DNA of 64,000 bases from Camelus dromedarius (lineage: Eukaryota). Position 1 is the stretch's first letter. The number at the start of each line of letters is the position of its first letter. Shown piece after piece: positions 53,219 through 64,000 of the stretch. A program made the position numbers and the translations under genes. The DNA is taken from positions 98,582,001 through 98,646,000 of the forward strand of contig NC_087437.1 in NCBI RefSeq assembly GCF_036321535.1. The letters run 5' to 3'. The notes under the pieces were generated by a model, which did no database searches, was not told the origin of the DNA, and worked only from the letters and a program-made list of their open reading frames with translations.

Positions 53219-53530
53219 CAGGGGTTGGCAAACTTTTTGTGCAAAGGGCCAGATAATAAATATTTTCAACTTTGTGAGCCATATGATCTTTGTCACAACC
53301 ACTCAATTATGCTTGATAGGGCAAAAGCAGTTCGAGCTAACATGCAGATGTGTGGGAGTGGTATGTTCCAATACAGTTTTATTTAAGGACACTGAAATTT
53401 GAATCTGATATCACTTCCACATGTCACAGAATATTATTTTTCTTTTTCTTTTTCCCCAACCAATAAAAAATGTAAAAATCATTTTTTGCATGCAGACAGC
53501 ACAAAAAGAGACGGTGAGCTGGACTTGGGG
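53219..53530 (+). mobile_element. MER58B-like hAT-Charlie MITE
   Basis: Begins with TIR caggggttggcaaacttttt, then aaagggccagata and the MER58B-type internal gacactgaaatttgaat ... acatgtcac ... aaaatgtaaaaatcatt. Confidence 0.85.
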
Positions 53531-54234
53531 TAATAATATAGAGGACTGAGAATGTACAAAATCATTGAAAGGAATGCAAGAACAGTTCCGGCCTTAACAA
53601 CCAGTATCAACTGGTAGCTCTAGAAATTACTCTGCCTTTGCCTTTAGCAGGTAAACCACTATCACGGATGCAAGAAGCTGAAAAATTATAAATCTGCAGC
53701 TAATAGTGCTGACTTCCTAAGCTGCAGTCCTAGGCTAGTCTGCCATGATCCAGAAATATGCCACTGCTGCTTTGGGAAATGCTGAATCAGGAATCCACCC
53801 ACTGAACGGGGAAGGCTCGGCCACCTCGGCCTTGATCTTCGCCAGCAAAATGTATGCCTCAAACTTGTCTTTTTTTCTACATTTGATTCAGTTTCTAAAC
53901 ATTCCCACAAGCGTATGATGGAAACTAAATTACGTCCTAGCCCCCAAAGAGGCTGAGAAATGGTTTATAACTTTTCAGCTACTTCAGTGTTTAGAAGGGA
54001 CTTTGGGAAAGCAATTAAAGGTAGTAGACCTGGCCTAGTATAAGGGACATAGTCAATTAAGATGACCTCTTTTGGCATTTCCAAAAGCTTCTGTGAACTC
54101 TCAGGAAAATAAAGTCCTCTGTATAACTCCCACGAAATAGTAGGAAGGTAAAAATAATTGTATGCCTGCTTCCTTCCCATGAGCGCCACCATCCCCAAAC
54201 AACCATTTAGTCCATCCCACCGCCCTGCGAATTT

Positions 54235-54430
54235 CCTGCTGTTGCACAAAGAGATTTGTGTGTTCATGTTCATGGCCGCGCTGTTTGAAATAGAAGCAAA
54301 ATGTGTTGTCAAGAGAGAATAGGGTAAAAATGTTGGTAGAGATGTGCTATGAAACAATTGAAAGAAAAGATAGGGGTGTAGATACCCATGTGGAAAGAGT
54401 TCCAGGACACGCTGTAAACAAAATGAGTTA
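54235..54430 (+). mobile_element. Very old L1 (L1ME-like) fragment
   Basis: tgcacaaagagatttgtgtg ... atgttcatggccgcgctgtttgaaatag ... atgtggaaagagttccaggac. Confidence 0.45.
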
Positions 54431-55528
54431 TGGAGTAGTTTAGGAAGTATGACCCTACATTTTGAAAAATAAGAATTTTTAAAATGCATTATTATCTTTA
54501 CTGCTTTGTGCTGATTTGAAACATAATCCAAAGGTATAAATATATTTCATAGAAGTATATGTAATAGGAAGTGAAAGTTCTCTATAACCCTCGTCTCCTG
54601 AGGTAATTGCTGCTGATCTTTTGGTATACATGTTACCTTCTTCTGTACACATACACAATTTAGATAACGTTTTTAAATGAACTTTGTTTTGTTTAAGATA
54701 CAGATTTTAATTTTTAGGATTAAGTTTTCTTGTACCAGGGTTGTACTATCCAGAGACCCTGGTGGCACACTGAATTTCATTTTTCTACCAAAAAAGCCAG
54801 AGGGGACCACTGATTCCTTCATAGATATAATCTGCACGGGCTAACATAAAGGACTAACTTGCTTCAAAAATTTGGGTTCAACGGTTCAGTCTTACACAAT
54901 TTTAAATCATAAGCCATTTCAGAGACTTGTTGTTTCCCACGAGTACTGCAAAGTGCTATTATTTTCAGTGCAAATATACCATTTAATCAATCCGAGACAG
55001 GCAAGGTACTTGCAAACATTAAACAAACATTAAACATTAAACAGTAATGTATCTCTGAGAAGCACCGCATTCCCTTAGGCCCTCCTTGAACACTTGTGTA
55101 AGTCTCACATTGTAAGACTTTTAGACAAAATACTTCGTTTTCCAATTGTTGCACAAAAAGAGAATTTACATAAAATAAGTGTAGGATCTATTTCAATCAT
55201 TACTTAATACTTAATAAGAGCATCTCCTTCATGGTTTCTTCTCATGCACGTGGGTCCATCATTGTTACCCATGAAATAAGCTATAAAATTTATAATTTTA
55301 TCAGATCTGCTACTGCAACACATTTTCATTTTCTACTTAAGCAAAATATACATAGATGAGTAAGTTATGTCTGGAACTAACTGGAAAAGTGTAATGTTCA
55401 ACAGTAATTAAGTCTAGAGGTAATAGGGCACTTAAGTCCCTAGTTATAGTTAAACTTCACTAATTCTGAGTAAATAGAAAAAAAGGAAACAAAATGGAGA
55501 AAAGGCTGAACTGTAGAATGCATTTAAG

Positions 55529-56728
55529 AAGTGGTTTTCAAACCATTTGGTTGTAGGACTTCTTTATACGCTTAAAAATTTTTGAGAACGCCAAAGTAGG
55601 CCTGCCAGATAAAATACAGAATGCCTGGTTAAATACGAATTTCAGATAAACAATGAATAATTTATTAGTATAAGTATGTCCCCAATATTACAAAGGATAT
55701 ATGTATATTAACAATTATTCAATGTTTATCTGAAATTTAAATTTATTGTGTGTCCTGTTGTTTTATTTGCTAAATCTGACAACCCCCTATTCTGTTTACA
55801 TGGGTTTTGTTAGTATTTACAATATTATAAATTAAGACTGAGCAATTTAAAAATGTGTGCATTCATTAATTTGTCTTAAGATAATAACAGTAGACCTATT
55901 ATCATAAATAATTTTATGAAAAATAACTACATTTTCCTTAAAAAAATGAAAGGCTTAGGATTATTTATATTTTGGGGGGATTAATCATTTAATATCTAGC
56001 TAATAGAAAACGGCTAAATTCTCCCACCAACTTCTGTACTGAATTTGTTGCGGTATGTTGTTCTGATTTAAGTATATTAAAAAAAATATGATCTTACTTA
56101 GCTATGTAGTTTAGACAGGGAAGAATATTTTAATGTCTTTTCAGATAATTGTGGATATTCCTCCTTGATCTATATCCAAAATCCTAATTTTTCCTGGGAA
56201 GTTAAAATTTTATCTTTGGCAACAGATTCTAAGCATTCTTTTTCTTGGGTATTGGCAAAGTTTTTCTTTAAAATAGTAAAAGTAACAGGCTCATTTTGTT
56301 TATTTTCAAGAAAAACTCTCTGTCAAATACCCAAGTCTGAATAATCAGTCAGTCATTTTCTCAAGCAGAGATGGTGTCCCACTAAAAAAGCAGCTAGTTC
56401 AGCTCGCAGCACAAACACCATTTTCCTTAAGGGTACTATCATACTTTGGCAAAAGTGCTTTTATGTGTAGTTTCAATTCTCATCACATACAATGTTTAAA
56501 ATTGTGTGTATTCAAGGGTTGAAATGTAATTAAATTAATGCTTAATCAAAGAGATTGTCTTCCCCCATGAGTGTGTGGCAGTGAATACTACAAAAATTAC
56601 TAGTACAGTTTGATGCTTTTGCCTTGATTCATGCTAAAATATTACAAAAATAGTTTTGACTATGTGGACCCCTTGAAAAAGCCTTGGGAATCTCCAGAAG
56701 TCTGCATACCAGGCTTTTAGAACAGCAG
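55529..56728. mobile_element. Charlie1a/b-like hAT transposon derivative
   Basis: Degenerate TIRs aagtggttttcaaa and ttttagaacagcag; internal ttttcagataattgtggatattc, tgtcaaatacccaagtctgaataa, aaaaaagcagctagttcagctcgca, gccttgattcatgctaa. Confidence 0.85.
55597..55787. mobile_element. MER53 palindromic hAT MITE nested in Charlie1
   Basis: tgccagataaaatacag ... tagtataagtatgtccc ... gctaaatctgacaaccc; inverted arms 55638-55662 and 55713-55737 match at 24/25. Confidence 0.85.
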
Positions 56729-57089
56729 CTTTAAAAATTTTTGTACATTGTTTTCAAGAGTACTTTAAAGAGCAAGTAGTTACAATCAAAAACACCAATA
56801 TTTATATGTCCAACAATTAAAGAACTAAACCAACATATTTTTTAAACATTTCCCACCAAATGCCCTTATTTTCTGTAGCTCCAAATTTACCATCTCTTTA
56901 GGCTGTAATGCCAACTTCTCATTTGCTCTCCACTCTTCCACACCGACAATTCTATCCACTAGTGCCTATGTCCAAAATGAAAGCATATACGAGTGCAAGG
57001 AAACATCACTACAACTATATGGGAGGTCTTGGTTTGTCTGGAGTTATACACAAGTTAGTGTAAGCCGTCCCCCGATGCCATAGCAACAT

Positions 57090-57668
57090 TGCTCCTCCTA
57101 AACTTTCAGCATCACATCTTATTTTCTTCCTTAAAAGCTTGTGATGTGGCCTTACTGTCCTGGTAAGGCTCAAATTCCTTAGCTAAGTGACTAAGTTTCT
57201 CACATCTTGGTCTCAATTCAGCCTCTTGTCAACTCTACACACACACACACACACACACACACGCAATTCAGACCCACGACCTGCTGTTTCCTAAAAATAC
57301 ATTATACTTGCAAGTTTCCATGCCTTTGTACATGCTCGCTTCTCTGTCTCAGATGTTTCCTCCAAACCTTCATCTCTTTGGCAAACTTCTCCCCCCAAAA
57401 ATGTATTTATTCAGAATTCATCTTCTCAAGAAAGTCAATCAGGAATTCCTTACAAAAATGTCACCCCCTTCAACATTTCATTTCCTTCCTCTCTGTTTTG
57501 TCTTCCATTCTCACTTCTAACATACCATATCTATCATTATCTTGATTAATTTCTGTTTCACCCCCAGGAATGTGCATACATACCATGAGGGCAGAGACTT
57601 CTGCCTGCATTGTCCACAATTATATCTTCTATATTTTCCAAGTATTCATTAAATGAATGAATGAATGA
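57090..57668 (+). mobile_element. L2a 3' portion containing (CA)n at about 57237-57262
   Basis: ttccttaaaagctt ... ccatgcctttgtacatgct ... ccatgagggcagagactt ... attcattaaatgaatgaatgaatga. Confidence 0.75.
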
Positions 57669-60600
57669 TTTCAAATAGCACTGCATCCCCTTAGCTACCC
57701 TCACCTCAATCGGGCTAATGTAATCACATATTTTCCTCACTATGTTTCAAACGACATACAGCACTACACCAGCTATCACTTTGTTTTGGCCTTAGTTATT
57801 TTAAAACATAACATTTTCTACCAGACTATCAACCCCTTACCATATATAACTTGTTTTATTTATTCTCAGTTATTGGCACAGGTGGACACTTAGTGTTTTG
57901 GAAACATTTGCTGAATTGAAAACTAAGTTCCATGAGACAGCTAAAACTAAAAATGCTAAATAATTTGGAGTTTACATAAAACAGGATGCCTGATACCAGC
58001 AGTTATTTTAAGTACAATAGTACTTTTGAATGGTTTTACAGTATGAAATTACTACTCCTCCTGAAACAAATAGAATATGTAAATACCCCCCTTTTTTGTG
58101 TGTTCAGATGCCATTGAAATTAACTAGGCCGTCATGAACCAAAAATTTTCCAGAGATGATGTCTTTGATGCTGGCAGCCACCTTTGGCTTAACCACCCTC
58201 CTTCTGACATTCTTCTTGCTCTCACTCCCTCCATGAAAAATATTCTATTCCCCAAAGGTTATAGGATTATTTGTAGTCTAATCTCTAATTTATTTAAGGG
58301 AGAATGTTTTGTTCTTTAAAAGAGAATTCAGACACCAATCACCTTGTGATGGAGACATTGGTCAGGACTGTCCCTTAACCAATGAAGTCGTACTCTACAA
58401 AGGTTCTTTCTAAGGATGAGTCTGACTTATTCAATTTATTAGTCACAATAAAATGCCTGTATCACCTAATATTATTACTCACATTATAGTTAAAAAAACA
58501 GAACTGAGAGTTTTTCCTGATGGAGCAAAAAGCACCTTCACTGTTCATATATTCGGTTACCACCAGCCCTCCAGAATGCAGGGAATCCATTGCAGGGATG
58601 AGGCCAGGAGTGGCGAGAGGTTGGGTGCAGAAGGAGCAGCTGGATGGGCTGTTTGTGGAGCCAGTGGGTTCCTGGGGTCGGAGAGAGGTCTGGGGAGGTG
58701 AAAGGGTACTGGGAAGAGTTCAAAGACAAGCAGCCTGAGGCCAAAGGGCAGACCCCTGACCTTTTGTTTTAACATGTGTCTGTGGGAAAGGGTCTGCAAT
58801 GAAGATTGAACTCAGTGGTTTCCTCTCCATCTTGATCCTCATTATAGAAATGGGAGAAATGTTAGTGAAAATGAGGAAAGGGAAAATTGAAGGCTTGACT
58901 GTGTAACATCAATGGACATTTGTGTAAACTCTGTGCAGTTTGTTGGCTTTTCATACGACAACAAGAACATGCCTGTTATTCAGTGTGATTTATTAAGCAT
59001 TCTAAACTTTGATTTGATTAGAATTGCTCATGCTTTCAGAATTTTCTGTTAATAAACAACATTATATTCTGTCTACAACTTTAAAGAATAGGTGAGTTGT
59101 CACAAAAGGACTCCTACTTAATCACCTACACCAGATCAAATTTTGATATTTAAGAAAAATGTTACTAGTGAGAGAGCGCATGTATGTTTCAAATAGAACT
59201 TTTGTCTGTTACTGGCATTTGTGATGCCTCACAGAGTATTCCTGGCTGGCTTTTCCAATCTTGCTGGTGCAACTTTAAGTTTCAGTGATACAAGTCCTTG
59301 AAAAAAATGTACCTATGTTTAAAGTGTTTCTATGACATCTTCTGCAGAGACAAAATATGGCCTATAATATGACCTTTGTTATCCACTGCATAATCTGAGA
59401 TTGAAGATGGGAGACTTCAGCTTCCAAATATTTCCCAAGCATGCTGTAACTTTCACTATTAGAAGTGTGTGGAATGAAATGTAAATTCTGTTGTTACTAC
59501 TGATTTTGGCATGATGTGTGACAACATTATTTAAATTCTTTCTCAAAAGAATAGATACAGCCTCTTCCTAACTCCAGAGAACGTTTAAAAAGAAGGTGTT
59601 CACATTTTCAGAGACCAGCTTTTAAGGGCGAACATTATTTGGTGGCATGATGATGATTGAGTTCATTGGTCCATCAAGCTGTATTCTTCTGTCTGAGGCA
59701 GCTTTTCATCTGCATATTGACAAAAGGATGCCCTTCTCTTCTGACCTTTTAACCTCAACCCAGATAATCCTGCCTTTATTCCAAAACGGGAGTGGGGGTG
59801 GTCCTACTGCTTCAATTGATTTCCAAATTTCAGAACAGCTCCCTCACAATTTTAACAAAAATTAAGATTATTAGCACAATTAATAACAATGTAGGATTCC
59901 ACAGAATATTTAACATGATATCTTGTGCTGTATAAATGCTATTAAAATCAATTGTCATAAAAGTAAAAGAAGCACATGAACAGCATTGCCCATCAAATCA
60001 ATAAACAATAAAATGAAATGGTTATGGAGAGAGCATTGCCTTTTACTAAATCAAGCAGGCTTGAGTTTTCCCAACAGCCCAGTAAGACTACTGAACCCAG
60101 ACATAGACTGGCTGGAGATCTCACTTGTAGTTTGAAAATAAAAGGTAAAAATCTCTCCCATCCATCCCTGACAATCTAACCTTTGGAGCTGATAATCTGA
60201 AATCGGACAAAATGTCCCAGAAGAGATATATCTGGGGGTCATCTCAGCTGGAGACTGAAGGTCACTTTCAACAAAGCAATCAAATATCTAATAAAAACTG
60301 AAGATCACATCTAGGCATATAGGCAATCAGAAAAAACTAGATAAGAGTGAAAGAGCCTGGACTCCTTTTATCTGTAGTGAGAGAAACATAGCCACTGAAT
60401 GTTATTCCTTCTTTAAGCATCAATGTGGAGTTTGGCAAATGTTCATTAAGGCTGAGTTTGCTTAATAAGAAATTTATGCATCAAGATTGCATCAATTTAT
60501 AAAGTGGGAAAACAAAGTTGTTTTATTATCTGTCACTGAAAAGGTAAATGTTTACAAAAATGCTATAAACTTCTCTCATTATTTTGATTAATTTGACTTT

Positions 60601-62519
60601 CTGATTGGCTCTACAAAGATAATTTCTTCTATAATTATAGGAGAAACTCGAGTCCTATTAATGGTACGTCATTCAGTGTTTATCAGATAATACGGAAATA
60701 GATAAAATAAATCTTAATTTATTAATTCAATACCTTTATATTAGGCACAAACATAAATTTGCTTTTAAAAAATCATATTGTTTCTAGGTTTGGATATTTG
60801 ATAAATGCAAATATGTTGTTTACATGTGTTGACAACTTAGAGACTTGATTTGAAATAGTAAAATTCAAAGAAAAGCTCTGAATAAAAGATGGTTTAAAAT
60901 ATTTGTTACATATATTACTCATGTAAACAAACACAATAGGTAACTTATATTTTCTTTTTTCTTCACCAGTCACTGAATTTTTAAATTACATTATAGAGAC
61001 TATCTTTAAAGTTGTAGTCATTAGAAAAAATCATTTATAAAACAAGCAAAACACAGACTTTAAATTCCGCCTTAACTTTCCCATTACATCTTCCTTTCCT
61101 TTGTCAATACTTCACTCAAAATTAAATTTCTGGAAAGCCTTTAATAGCAAATGCTAACTAAACCTCTGCCTCCAAATTTTCAAAATGCTGATTTATATTT
61201 ATTAATATACGCCATGTGTTGTCTTTTCTTGCCCTCCTTGAGATAGTTTACATCTTCCCTCTTCTATATTTCATTGAGGTATCTACTTGAATAAGTCTTT
61301 TGGAGAACTTTGGTCATTACTAGATATTTTTGGAGATCTCATTAACCAATTAAGCACAACAAAGTGAAATTTATCAAATTCACACCTCAGGGTCCTGAAC
61401 CATATAATTCTATCTGAAAGAGAATAAAATCAATTTTGCATTATAACATTCACACATTATTTGATTGCTTATTGCCACTCTAAAATTGATGATTAACTAC
61501 TTCATATATAGTCTGGAACTTTCTGGAAACTAGATGAATGGTGTGAACTTTTAAGAGTTCTTCACTCTTTTCTTAAGAGTTATCACTTAATACAGTCATG
61601 GAAAGAGAACATTTTTATACAGGTAATTATGCTCATATACCATTGAACCTAATCTCTGAGAATTGAAACTCCATCATTTTTTCATATGAGCATTTTATTT
61701 GTTCAAGATATTGGAATTTGAGAAGGGCCAAATTCTGTGAAATATTATCATTTATACTTAAAATACATTCATTATTGTGCCAATAATGAAAGAGTAGAAG
61801 TGTTTGCTCTTCTTGCTAAAATTTTGAGAATTCTAATGGTACACGCCCATATACCTTTGTCATTAAACTGTGGTTACTGGAGAACTTGTGCCTGAAGCAG
61901 GGCACTTATAGTGTGAATAACAATTGGTGTTACATGTGTCTGTCTTTGCGATCCCAGTCACTCTGAGCAGGGGGTTATGTGATGAACAAGTAGATTCAGA
62001 ATTCAACATCCCAACGCAATAAGAACTAAATCACCTTCATGTAACATGGAGACGTTCCGAGAATTTTATGAGCAGCTATGTGGAAGTCTAAGTTCTTGGC
62101 CCTGATATCCAGGACTCTGAGAACAGAACCGCAGACAGATCATCTTTCTGTAGCATTCATTGTCATGAACTGGAACATTATTAGTTGGATAGTGACACAA
62201 AGTTCTGATCTTGCACAAAACGGAAGCATTTTCCTCAGCACGATGTGGCGTTTCCATGAGTCTGTCTTTAAGATTCATCCTGCAGCATCAAAATGGGACT
62301 GTATGAGGTACTTTATGTAAAGCCAAAAAAAACTATGTTAAAAATTTAAACATACACAGAATATAGAATTGTGCTGGAGCGCTCATATACCACCACTTAA
62401 ATTCTACAATTACCATTTTTATAATTGCCTTATCATCTGTCTACTTACAAATATTAAGTCATTCTATCCATATGCATGGCCATGCTCTCCATTTATTTAT
62501 CTTTTTGTCCTTCTATAGT

Positions 62520-64000
62520 TTAACTCATTTCTTCTTTAAAGGTGTGTGGATTTTTGTTAGTTCAATTCTTAGTTTGTTAATATGGTGAATTGTGTTTTCT
62601 TTATTTTTTAAATTTTCTTAACTGGTTATTTCTAGTCTAGAAAAACATTACTGAATTTTTAAATGGACTCTCAATTTGTCACTAAGTTCTAGAGTTTATT
62701 GATTCTTTGGGGTTTTCCATGTAGTTGAGCATACATCTTCTGTAAGTATTAACATTTTTCCCTACCAATACTAACATCTCTGGTGTGTGTGTGTGTGTGT
62801 TTATTTTGTGTGTGTGTGTGACTTACTGTAATGCAAAGCAAAGTATCTATTGCTATGTGGAGCAATACAGGTGTGAGCCATCTTCCTCCTCTTATTTCGG
62901 TCTCCCAGAGATTGTATCTAAGGTTTCTGCCTTAATGTGATGTTTGCTCTTGGATTTGGTATGGCGTTTTTAACGGTAAAATTAAGAGCAGTCCATTCTA
63001 TACTTGACTTTCTGAGAACCTGTGTCAGACACAGAGTGAAATTTATCAAATACTCTTTCTGCTTCTATTGGGATAATTATGTGAATACACTTTTTTTTAA
63101 ATTTATTAATGTGGTGAGTTATTCTAACAGATTTTTCTGATGTGAAAACATTCCTGCCTTCCTAGGATAAATCTTATTTATCATGCTGTGCTAATATTAT
63201 TATTATTTAACTCTGGATTACATTTAGCTATTACTTTAATTAGGACTTTTCATCTTTGCTTACAAGAGTTATGGGCTCCTATCTTTCTTTTTTATGTACG
63301 GTCATTATCTGGTTTTGAAATTAAGGTTACACTAGTCTTCTAAAATGACTTGGTCAATATTTCCTTCTTCTCTATTTTCTGAAAGAATTTGTAATAAAAT
63401 ATAGATTATATATGCCTTGAAATTGTGATCAGATCCAGTGTAGAACTCTCTTGGCCAGGGGCTCTCTATTTTAGTGAGGGGAGAGGGGGGTTGATTATTT
63501 TTTAGTTTAATTGTTATTAATCTAGTCAAGATTATATTATTTTTATGCCAGTTTTTACATCCTATAATATGCAAAAATTTATCTATCATATGATTTTCAA
63601 ATGTGTTGCTTCGTAGTTCTACATGACATTTTATTGCATTTTCAGTCTGTACTTTACCTGTAGTTATTTCTCCTTTATCATTCTTGTTTTGAGTTGTAGC
63701 CTCTCCTCCTCTCCTTCATCTCTCATTGTCTATAGCGTAAATTCATACAAAGAAACCAACTTCTGGTTGTATTTGCTTCTCTCTCTCTCCCGCTCTCTTT
63801 TAGTTTTTGATTGTAATGTTTTCTCTCTCCTTCTTCCTGTCTTATTTATATAGATTGTTGCTTTTTTCCAAATTGTTTAGCTAACCATTTATCAAAGCTG
63901 TTTTTAATTTATTCCTTTATGGTAATTTACTTGGTACTAAAATTTCCTCTAATTACTACTTTGCCTTTGTTCTATATTTTTATTGACATTTTCTTCCATG
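62520..64000 (-). mobile_element. Old L1 ORF2 fragment (linker and start of RT), running off the window end
   Basis: ORF 63332-63589 (MIDKFL...SPWPREFYTG...FKAYIIYILLQILSENREEG) aligns by eye to L1 ORF2 EMDKFL...KSPGPDGFTAEFYQ...LLKLFQSIEKEG; contains a (TG)n at about 62783-62820. Confidence 0.85.

Noticed and set aside
53965..54531. 188-aa minus-strand ORF
   Set aside because: It partly overlaps an L1ME remnant read antisense (NSAAMNMNTQISL is typical antisense L1) and has no domain

Overview
This is AT-rich, CpG-depleted eutherian mammal genomic DNA. I could not support any protein-coding exon, RNA gene or CRISPR-type structure. The ORF track is explained by chance ORFs, simple repeats and decayed LINE/LTR sequence. 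The youngest L1 3' ends resemble camelid-type (Vicugna/Camelus) L1, and I saw no Alu, B1/B2, Bov-tA, PRE-1 or Can-SINE, so a camelid intergenic or deep-intronic region is my best inference. The window is a mosaic of L1, HAL1, L2, MIR, MaLR/ERVL solo LTRs, hAT-Charlie and Tigger MITEs, one probable ancient L4/RTE-X LINE fossil, and simple repeats. Repeat family names are assigned by eye from remembered consensus sequences, and boundaries are approximate unless a target-site duplication (TSD) is quoted. I found no convincing new multi-gene system. The most unusual unexplained structure is a combined direct (24/25) plus inverted (64/80, ungapped) duplication at 37126-39354. Next are a MER53 hairpin with a miR-1302-like arm nested in a Charlie1 element, the RTE-X fossil, and a few candidate regulatory or non-B-DNA sites.
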